A stretch of DNA of 64,000 nt, taken from assembly GCF_006345805.1 (NCBI RefSeq), contig NC_043003.1:36022001-36086000 (forward strand). The letters run 5' to 3'. Below are positions 53,396-64,000 of this stretch, in pieces. The notes below the pieces were generated by a model. It saw only the letters and a list, made by a program, of their open reading frames with translations. It made no database searches and had not been told where the DNA came from. The translations under genes and the position numbers were made by a program. Positions within the stretch are counted from its first letter, which is position 1, and each line of letters starts with the position of its first letter. Source of the stretch: Octopus sinensis. Taxonomy: Eukaryota.

Positions 53396-54122
53396 AGTTA
53401 TATTCAGGCAGCAAACTTATTAGGTTGAATAAACAGAGACATATTGATGAGGCAAAGGGAAAATACAATGAAGCAGGCACATCGCAATTATAAGTAATAG
53501 GACCGGAGAGATAGATTAAGAAAAAAATGAAGTAATTGCACATGAAATTAAGGAAATCCACGTGGAACAGAAAGAAATCAAAATACGTTACACATAAAAA
53601 GTGAGAAAGAAGGATGAAAAACTGGGCATTGATTTGTTCAATGAGTATCGTTGCAGGGAAATACAAATGACAAAAAAGGGAAAATAGATTTCCTTTTAAA
53701 ATGTTGAGCTAAAGTGCAACACAGATGCCATTTATTATGATTCATGATCATAATATAAGGATATGTATTATTAATTCTTCTGTTTCCACGTGTCTGTTGA
53801 AATACTTCGCCGTTTTTTTATTTTCATTTACGTTGAAAATAATGAAGAATTTAGTAAATTACTTTTCACTGTTTCAAACATCAATTATCATGAACTTTTG
53901 ATGAAAACTTTTAATCAAAAGAGGATGTTTGCATCATAGAACCACATATGTTTTCCAGGTGCAGTGGCATCAGGGGTTTTCAAGCAATATTTGTAACAGA
54001 CTACACAGATGTAACTGTCCGATGTATGCGAAATATAGAGGAAATGATAGAACGTATACGGGAATCTGGAGACAGCATGGTGGCACAAACAATTCACTTG
54101 TGATGTTATAACAGAGAAAATA

Positions 54123-54162
<40 letters not shown>

Positions 54163-54174
54163 TATTATTATTAC

Positions 54175-54283
<109 letters not shown>

Positions 54284-54412
54284 GTTATTATTGTTGTTGT
54301 TGTTGTTATTGCTGCTGCTGTTGCTGCTGTTGTTTTTGTTTTTCTTCTTCTTCATCTTCTTCTTCTTCTTTTTCTTATTATTATTATTATTATTATTATT
54401 TTATTATTATTA

Positions 54413-54448
<36 letters not shown>

Positions 54449-54450
<2 letters not shown>

Positions 54451-54685
54451 GAGTGAGTGAGTGAGAGAGTAGCGCGTGCCATCAAAGCGACACTGGGGTA
54501 AAATTATACGAAGCCCAACATACCCATCGTCATAATCACCCGTCTCATAAGGGTATACTAGACACATGCATCACAACCACATGTACGCGACATGGTGATC
54601 TTATATGAAGATAAACAGTGCATGACCTTGCGGGTGGGACCCAGTTAGAATTTTCTTCAGATTGAGTGGCCCATCCCGCTCAAAA
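54449..54685 (-). repeat. Short interspersed element ending in (TAA)n on the minus strand
   Basis: GC-richer 235-bp block directly abutting the (TTA)n tract at 54123-54449; recalled as a common octopus repeat, with only one copy here. Confidence 0.45.
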
Positions 54686-55295
54686 AATTAGGGGTCCTTT
54701 GTACTGTTTGGTGACTGTTGCTTTTACTGCCTTCATCCATCATTGGACAGGTTTTGTGGTTCCTCATACGGGCGTCAACGGAAACCACTCCCCTTACTAA
54801 GCAGGCTTGGTAGGGTTGCCAGTCTTGGTAGGGTCACCGACAGTCTGGAAACGTACAAAATTACATGTCATTAGTAGCACTTAGAGTGATCTCACATACA
54901 TATATGCATGCATGCATATATTATGGTAGTCACTGTTGCCGAATAACCTGCCCAAATGATTTGTTTAGAAACACATTAGTTCACGTTTTCCATCAAACCG
55001 ATGTCTGAACAGACGCACAGTGTACCACAGGCGAAGGTCGCAGAACAACAGGAGATGAATTGTTTTGCTGAAGAACACAACGCACCACCCGGTCCAGGAA
55101 CTGAAACTACAATCAAGCAATCATAAATGTATGATCCAAACCAGTAAGCCATGCACTTTTGACATATGCATGTATAAACATATTCAAACACAAAACTGTA
55201 GTCTAAAATGCTAACTCTTGTCCCTGCATGGTCATTCGATTATTTTTTTATCATTGAAAATTTTTCCGATTGCTGAATTGAATCTTATTGTGTGT

Positions 55296-55338
<43 letters not shown>

Positions 55339-55346
55339 GTGTGTGT

Positions 55347-55396
<50 letters not shown>

Positions 55397-55399
55397 TTT

Positions 55400-55785
55400 C
55401 AACATGCACTTGAGAATATACTGCCAGCATTGCCCTAACGACCTGAACATTAGCTTCAAGGTGCATCCAAGGCTGGGACCTCAGACAGTACATACTCTAT
55501 CCAATTCAGAATCACAACATATAGATACACTGCGACACAATTTCTTTTTCTCAACAGGCCCTGCCCCGTTTAACATTGTTCTAAAACTGATCAGAAAGGA
55601 AAAGGACCCCATCACCTTTAAATGGGGTCTGGACAAATTTCGTCAAGGAATACCAGATCAGCCTCCCATACTTGGATACAACTCACTCAACAAGAACTCA
55701 CTACCTGAATGGACCATAATACCACAAAACTTGACTTAAATTAGGTAATCCTATCAGGTGGTGCTATTAAGTTAGACATGGCCTG
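55400..55785 (+). pseudogene. CR1-group LINE 3'-terminal fragment
   Basis: HPRLGP...TGPAPFNIV...FKWGLDKFRQGIPDQPPILGYNSLNKNSL resembles the GP.LFN.LP...FK..LD.FL..IPDQP ending of invertebrate CR1-like ORF2. Confidence 0.7.
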
Positions 55786-57693
55786 GACCGATCTTTGTGA
55801 AGGGACAGAAACAAGTTACGTAATCTGCGAAATGAATACGATCTGCATTCCGTTTTGCCAGCAACCAGACTTTACAGGATTAGTTACAACGGTTGTGGGA
55901 TAATACTCGCGATGTGCTTGCCGCATAAAATCAAAATAATTAAGATGGCGCTTGTATATATACTGTTTTCTGCCAATAAATTTTCATTAATTAAAACTTA
56001 TCAAATTATGTCATTTAAATTTCGGGTTCGACTCCCTTACATGTCAGAAGTAGTTTTTCTCATTGGGATATTTTATATTTAACTTCAAATAAGTTGTCTC
56101 CTACAATATGTATGTTAACAACAACGTTAGAAAAAGACTATGACCTTTATCAATATAGTATTTATTTATTCGATCGCTTACACGTTCCATTAGTAATAAT
56201 ATCTTACATTCTCTATCATTGAAATTATCTCCAATGCTGAAAAGATTCACTCTAAATATAGAGTGCCATTCCTACTCTACTTTCTTGTCCTATTACAGTA
56301 GTATTTAGAGATATATAATATGATATATATACATATATATATATATATCATTATATATATATATATATATCATTATATATATATATATCATTATAGATAT
56401 ATATATCATTATATATATATATATCATTATATATATATATATGTGAGTACATATACGCACACACAGACACAAATATAAGTGTACATGTGTATTTGTGAGT
56501 ATATACACACATATATATATATATACACATACATACATACATACATACATACATTTATTTATATGTAATGTCTGTCTGCCGCTAATGGAGTCTTTCAAAA
56601 ACAGAATTATTATAAATTGCAACCTTGTATTGAAAGTTTATTTATCAGTAAAATTAGCTAGGTTTATTTAACTCTAGAATTACCAATGCTTTTTTATGTT
56701 AGCGTGTATTGCCAATGTTGTTGTTGCCATCGTTGTTGCAGTTGTTGTTGTTGTTGTTAGCGATGGAGTGACAGTGGTGGTTGTGGTGGTGGTACTACTG
56801 TTTTCTAAGTTTTATTTCCATTTACGATTATGTCCTAAAGCTTGCTTTCTTACATGTAAATGAAAGCTGAAATACTCCAAAATTAACCACAAGACACATT
56901 TTTTTTAAATATTTATTTTGCGAATATCTATTTAACGTTAATTCAAAATTCTTATTACTTTCATGTTATAATTATTTCTTTATTTCTACATTTATTCAAT
57001 CATCTTTTGTTTACTTTCAAATCTGTGTCTTAGAAACGCGTTCTGTTTTAGCTTCGAGTGTTCGTACTAGAATTCCCGCCCCAACACATCCATGTATTTC
57101 ACGTGTATTACGGTTGCAGTTTCCTGTGGTTCAACCTATTGTTCATATAGTGAGCCGAGTTGAGAGCCCCGGGAAGAGTTCGTTATGTCACCAATGAAGA
57201 TAAAGTATAGTAAACTAGGCTATGAAGTACAGCAGAGTTAGCAACGCCTGAGAGGAAGATTCAGTCACGAACAAACAAACCAAAAACAAAGAAAACTGTT
57301 TAACAAAAAATGACCTTGCAGGAGAATTGATGTAAATGTAAAACGGCAGCGGTAATAGGAGAATAATTGAAGAAGAATTCAGTATAGATTTAACAAGCAC
57401 CCAAGCAATCTAATTAAGATTAAAGGGTTCTAATAGTGAGTGATTTAAACAAAGAAAATCTCGACCTAATTCGTAACGGAGTGTGTTGCCCTACAAAGCA
57501 ATGCGCGAGTTAAAGAAATAAATATACTGGTATAGTGGGACTTTTAATTTATCGTTTTCATCATAAGGAAATTCCATTCATTCCACGCTTGATACAACTG
57601 TGTCAATACACATCATCACAGAGTTTGATTATTTTCTTATCTGCTTCCAGTTTCCCAATCATTATGCGTACGTGTATGTTCTATGTATATATA

Positions 57694-57747
<54 letters not shown>

Positions 57748-58238
57748 ATATATATATATATACATACATACATACATACATACATGCATACATGCACACA
57801 TACACACACACGTACGTACGTGCTTGCGTGCGTGTGTGTATGTATGCGTGTGTGTGTGTCTGTGTATGTGTGTGTACACATATATTAATATTGATTGGAT
57901 CCGTACTTTTACTACAATTATTTCGTGTCTCTGCTTCTCCAGCAAAAAATAACCTGAATTCCAAATATTGAACCAGTAAATGTCAACGGTTAACAAAAAA
58001 TTTAATTCATTATATTTCTTTCGCCCGACTACAGGCTAGTGTTTTATTTTCGGAGTTTTTAAGGTCGTAATAGCGTCTTTTGTCGTCTATTTTTCCAGCG
58101 GATGAAGAGGCTTATAGCCAATCTCTTGTTATAATTATGTATATAATTATTAAAATACTTGTAAAATTTACATATAAGGTTTTATTTCCGCGCTGACCCA
58201 CTGGTAAAATCATTAATGATTTTTACCCTTTATTGCAA

Positions 58239-58294
<56 letters not shown>

Positions 58295-58326
58295 TAATTT
58301 TACCCTTTATTGTAATTAATATTATA

Positions 58327-58365
<39 letters not shown>

Positions 58366-58575
58366 ATATGTGACCGCGTGTGTATCGTTGGCAATGTTTT
58401 TACTCCGTCTTCCCTTCCTTAGATCTTTCCTTTTTCTATGTTTCTGACGAAGAGTTCGGCTCGAAACGTTAAATCTTCCTTCTTCTTTCTTTCCTGAGCG
58501 TCCAATAAAACTATACGTGTTCCACGTTCTTGCGTTGTTGTGTTTTCTGCTTGTGTTTTCATGTTTGGATTACCT
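58366..58575 (+). mobile_element. pLTR-type repeat family D with HHR motif at 58440-58474
   Basis: GTTT-CTGACGA-A-GAGT(TCG)GCTC-GAAACGTT-AAAT; canonical CUGANGA/GAAA core with loopless palindromic stem III; (TA)n on both sides. A diverged relative lies at ~60505-60725 (-). Confidence 0.7.
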
Positions 58576-58584
58576 TTATATATA

Positions 58585-58660
<76 letters not shown>

Positions 58661-60316
58661 AGAAAGAATTTTTACCAACACACATACAAACATACGTATA
58701 CACACACGTATGTATATATACAATTTTCCCCCAAATGAACTACACTTCAAATTCGAGGCTCCAATGAAGCTATAAAGTGTTATTCAGGTACTCAACAACG
58801 AGTTCATTGCATCTTATAGTAGTAACAGCTGCAAGAGCTAATGACGTTCATATGATAATTTCTTATATGACATATTATACACACAAGGACGCAAGCATAT
58901 GCATCCACACATTTAATAAGCAATTTTATCTAATCCACCCAAGTTATTCACTTATTCCCACTCACGCATATATGTGCCTCTATATATATTTGTCTGTCTA
59001 TCTGCATGTACGTACGTATGTATGTATAACGCCATTGACGAAATTCTACAGTTCTACAACTGGTCCAAGTTATTTGCTTTTTATATCTTTCTATACATTC
59101 AGCGTATAGAAACATTACATTGTACAGTAGAATTGTATAGAAGTGAATTAAAATACGTGAAACACACCAGTAAACTATATTTTTGTATGATTAATTTAAT
59201 AATACTTAATATATTTATATATGCTCAATTTAGTATGGTCGATCTGCTAATGGTAAATAAAGTATATGCTAGTGTAATCTATTTAGTAACGCTTCATAAA
59301 TGTATTTTAATATGGTCAATTTACTATTCTCCGTCGATTTGTAACGGTAACTGACTGACTTAAACCGGTCAATTTAATAATTATGACTATCAGTACATTG
59401 TATCGTGTCAGTGTGTTTAATTCTAATTGATGGATCATACGTTGGTTTTCGATGATGAGGTTTCACTTCTTCAATCATAGTACGTTCGTATCAAGTGCAG
59501 TGTAATTGGGTCAGCCGAATCAACATTGTTTCTCTCTATCTAGTTTTACTCAGAAGACGTGTTGATGCTAGGCTATGACACTCTTACATAAGATTTGATG
59601 AAATAGAATCGAACTCGAGATTTGAGGGTCACGAAACGAGCTTGTTAATTATCCAGTAACGCCTGCATCGACTATTAACTAAGTAAGTGTTATTAGTCAA
59701 TTTATTAATGTAGATTTCAGTATATGTTTGTGGAGGGAAGGAATGAGCCAGAAATATGGGATCAGTGATGACATCGGCTGAAGGGCCCTACTGGAAAGCA
59801 TGGCGGGAGGGAAGTCAGTTGAGCGAAAGCAGGACTAGACTAGGTCTTATTCACTTTGGGGCTGTCGTGGTGTACGGATGTGTGTGGAGACGTGGACTTG
59901 AGGGAGTGTTTTAGCCAGAGGTTAGGTGGGTAGAGGCACCTACGGATATAACCCAGCTGGAAAGTCGATACTACATTAGAACCGGAGAGGTAGATGAATT
60001 GTACTTTGTTCCTCATACTACAATTGTTATGATCAATTTAGTAAACTTCGTTGAATTACTGAATAATGTTAAAATGATAAAATACATTTCGCCTTACGTA
60101 TATTATGGTTAACAGACTTTTAGTAGACAAGAATATTAGTGATTATAAAACAAAAATTCGGTAGGTGAGCATGTTATCAAGATAAAAAACATCCAGAAGT
60201 ACATTCTGCTTTCGCAATATACATATACATATACATACATACGTACATACATACATACATACATACATACGTACATACATACATACATACATACATACAT
60301 ACATACATACACAAAA

Positions 60317-60353
<37 letters not shown>

Positions 60354-60370
60354 CATATACACACACCACT

Positions 60371-60411
<41 letters not shown>

Positions 60412-60814
60412 TATATATGTATGTATCTATGTATGTATGTATATATATATTAATATATATATATAATATATATATACGTATATATATATATATATATATA
60501 TATTTGATAAAAAAAGAAATGGAGAAAAAGACGAGAAAAAAAACAACAGTGCGAGGCCGTAGCACATGCAAAGTATTAATAAGACGCTCAGAAGGAAGTT
60601 GTTTTCCGTTTCGAGCATAGCTCTTTTTCGGAAAAAAAGAGAATAGAAAACTCCAAAAGATAGAGAAGGAAAAAATCGACAACAGTCCACAAGTAGTGAC
60701 AATTTTGAAATGGCCGGAAGTAAATGGACAAAGAGAAAGTGTTTTCTAGGACAGGAGAGTCTGAAGCATGGTTGGTATCTGTGTGTGTCTACCTTTGTGT
60801 GTCATTCTGTCGTG

Positions 60815-60853
<39 letters not shown>

Positions 60854-60927
60854 GTATAAATGTGTGTGTACATGTGTGTGTGGACAGTGAGAATGTGTAT
60901 ATGTGTACACACACACATATATATATA

Positions 60928-61388
60928 TCTTTTACTGGTTTCAGTCATTTGACTGCGGCCATGCTGGAGCACCACCTTTAGTCGAGCAAATCGACCACAG
61001 GACTTATTCTTTGTAAGCTTAGTACTTATTCTATCGGTCTCTTTTGTCGAACCACTAAGTTACGCGGACGTAAACACACCAGCATCGGTTGTCAAGCGAT
61101 GTTGGGAGGATCAAAGACAGATACACAGACATATACACATACACACACACAACACACAACACACACACACACAACACACAATAATATATATATATTATAT
61201 ATATATATATATATATACATATATACGACGGGCTTATTTCAGTTTCCGACTACCAATCCGCTCACAAGGCTTTGGGGCAGCCCGAGGCTATAGTGGAAGA
61301 CACTTGCCCAAGGTGCCATGCAGTAGGACTGAACCCGGAACCATGTGGTTCATAAGCAAGCTACTTACCACACAGCCACTCCTACGCC
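60928..61388 (-). mobile_element. Full-length tRNA/CORE-like SINE with internal microsatellite
   Basis: Reverse complement of the 50613-51060 family, with intact A and B boxes. Confidence 0.9.
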
Positions 61389-62521
61389 TATATATTACGT
61401 AAATATTCTTCTCATTTTTATCACTTTAATATTCGTGTTAAAAAGCAACTCGTCACCCCAGAAATCTTTCAAAAGAGTTTACAATGATAATATGCCAGCT
61501 TACACTGATCAACAACACTAAACACAAACACCGTCGCTTGTCCTGCTATAAATAGCAGAACAATTCCACCGAATCCTAGAGTAAACGCATTTTACTGTAT
61601 GGCAAAATATCAGGGTGACCGTTATATTTGATCATAAATCTTTGGAAGAAAGGTTTATCTGGGGTTAAAAATTAACACCTACATATGATACAGACTAACT
61701 AGTGAGTTACTTTGTTGTCCGATTTCCTAGAAATCTCATTATGTCTTTTAAAAAAGAGACACTTTAACCTCCGTGTTCTTAGACGCGGTATACGAAACAC
61801 AAATGCCGAAATTTCACGTGTTAGGACCACTGGTTCAGAGTTGATTAAACAATTCACGGAAAAATTTACTCACCAGAATGTACCTTTGTGAACTACCACT
61901 ATTCCACAGATCACAACTATTTCATTGACAAATAATACGTATTTTCGTTTAGTACTTCCAATTTCAGGATTAAGGCAACGGCTCTTTTAGATGCACTCCG
62001 TATCTAACGACGGCAATATTCTCATTTTGTATTTTTTATATTTCTCTCAACTCTGCACAGAATACCGAATTTCCCTTTTTTTCAGTCAGTCTTTCACTAG
62101 TCCCACTCATTGGTTGTGGTCATGCTGAAGCATTGTATTGACGGGTTTAGCCGATCAACTCGACCTCAGCGTTTACATTATACGTCTACTACATATTGAA
62201 CAGAGCCACTAGATGTGGGTATTTCAACAGCCCAACACCTATTGTCAAGCTGTGGGACACGTCCACATAAATACAATATAATATGTATGTATATGTGCAT
62301 ATTCAATTAGAGGTTATGGTAGTCTAAGAGGGGATGGTGTCATCCAAGGGAATATTTTTCCCCTCTGAAGATATTATGCTCAGAATATTTAATTGATTCA
62401 CTAAGTTTTAATTGAAACAGGTGTAAGGGATGATGTTTGATTTGTTGTTAATAATGAACAATATTGAATTCCCAATCGCCACTTTTTTTTCTCTTATATA
62501 TTATATATATATATATATATA

Positions 62522-62921
62522 TCTTATATATAAAAGTGAAGTTGGTGCGAGTGTTGTCTCCTACGATTTAGATTCCTAACTACTCCCACATTTTGCGGTG
62601 CAGTTTAACCAAAACCGGGTATCTTATAGTCGTGATTCATATCGAGCCCTTCTGGGTATTAGCGCGCGCCTACGATGAGTCTACGATTTTTAAAATAATT
62701 TAGCATAATTTTTTTCCATTTTAATGCATTTTTTCACTATTATATAAGGGAAGTAACTCTCTAAAAATGTCTACGATGGGTCAACGATTTAAAAACAATT
62801 TAGCATCATTTTTGTTTCCAATTTTAATGCATTTTTTGGCTATTTTTTGGCTATAAATCTCTAAAAATGCTTTATAGTTATTTCCCTTACAAATCCGAGC
62901 AACGCCGGGCGATGCTGCTAG
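62522..62921 (+). mobile_element. Non-autonomous Helitron, 400 bp
   Basis: Inserted between A and T; 5' TCTTATATATAAAA; 3' hairpin CCGAGC-AAC-GCCGGG followed by CTAG; internal ~100-bp direct repeat. Confidence 0.85.
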
Positions 62922-63226
62922 TATATATATATAAACATATACATATACACGATGTGCGTCCATTCTCTATCAAATTCATTCAAAAGGCATTGGCTGCCGC
63001 AGCTGAGTGAGCCTGTGGTGCTTAGCAGTAGGATCCAACTGAGTTGCCTGATGTGCTACGCATTAGAATGGAACCCCAAACCACATTGTTCTTAACCACA
63101 CAGCCAAGCCAAACCTAAAGTGAACGTTTCCAAACGACAGTGGATTAATTCTTATAGTGGTTTACTATCACTAGTCACGTTCATTTACGGTGTTTACCGA
63201 GTCGCTGGAACGTTCTCTCTTTATCG

Positions 63227-63421
<195 letters not shown>

Positions 63422-64000
63422 TTACAAAATATGAGCTAAAACAAGATTAAGAACTGAAAAGAAACCTGCATATGATTAAATATGAGCAATGCTATGTTCA
63501 CGTGACTAAATTTATAACCACAAATATGTTACTTCATACTCAGACATGCGTAAACATCTGATGTTAAAAGTAATGTTATTAATTGCAAAAGCAAACGAAC
63601 ATAGCTATAATAACTGTGATAATTTACTAATTATACGAATCCAATTAATAACATTTTAAATCAATATAAAGCGTGCGAAACTTGCTTGCGTTCTTAAAGT
63701 TCATTTCACACTGTGGTTTTCAACATGATAAAAAACTGTGAAGACTCTTTTTCCTTTTGATTCATAATGTAATCCACATAAAGAACGTTGTTTTTGCTCC
63801 CATGTATTGAGAGTACATCTCGTCAATTGAGGCAAATGCCATCGGTTGCTTTGTGCATGTGCGTCTTAGTTTTTGCTGTTGTTTTGTTGTTTTTTTTATG
63901 CTCTTATATTTCACTTGATGCATGGCATATAACCGACACGTTTAAAGTGTAAAATGTGAAACTTTTAAAAGAAGCGTGACTTGTAAATTACTTGTAAACA

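Noticed and set aside
54620-54700. HDV-like ribozyme at the 5' end of the (TAA)n-tailed element
   Set aside because: Could not build the nested double pseudoknot from this copy.
57060-57130. GC-box plus E-box promoter candidate
   Set aside because: Short motifs only, with no linked exon.
58095-58130. CGGATGA-AGAG...CTCT HHR-like start
   Set aside because: No GAAA or stem III follows; too degenerate to call.

Overview
AT-rich eukaryotic DNA dense in microsatellites and repeats. The SINE families and repeat landscape resemble an octopus (coleoid cephalopod) genome; this is inferred from recall, not searched. No intact multi-exon gene is visible, and nearly all ORFs in the supplied track are translations of (TA)n/(CA)n/(TAA)n/(GAA)n tracts or decayed transposons. 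Recognisable content: one good candidate first coding exon with a signal-peptide-like N-terminus (47910-48046, +); a near full-length decayed R4/Dong-type LINE plus fragments; a decayed CR1-group LINE; Tc1 and mariner relics; a 400-bp non-autonomous Helitron; many tRNA-derived SINEs; and fragments of Penelope-like element (PLE) RT and GIY-YIG domains. The most striking signal is absent from the ORF track: about a dozen minimal type-I hammerhead ribozyme (HHR) motifs, some degenerate, from several unrelated sequence families. Six loci place the HHR or its tail in an outward-facing inverted-repeat (fold-back) unit, mostly inside (TA)n tracts, including a perfect 73-bp palindrome with an HHR on each strand. 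A ~610-bp array of STAT(GAS)-like and kappaB-like palindromes also stands out. All coordinates were read by eye, and element edges are approximate.
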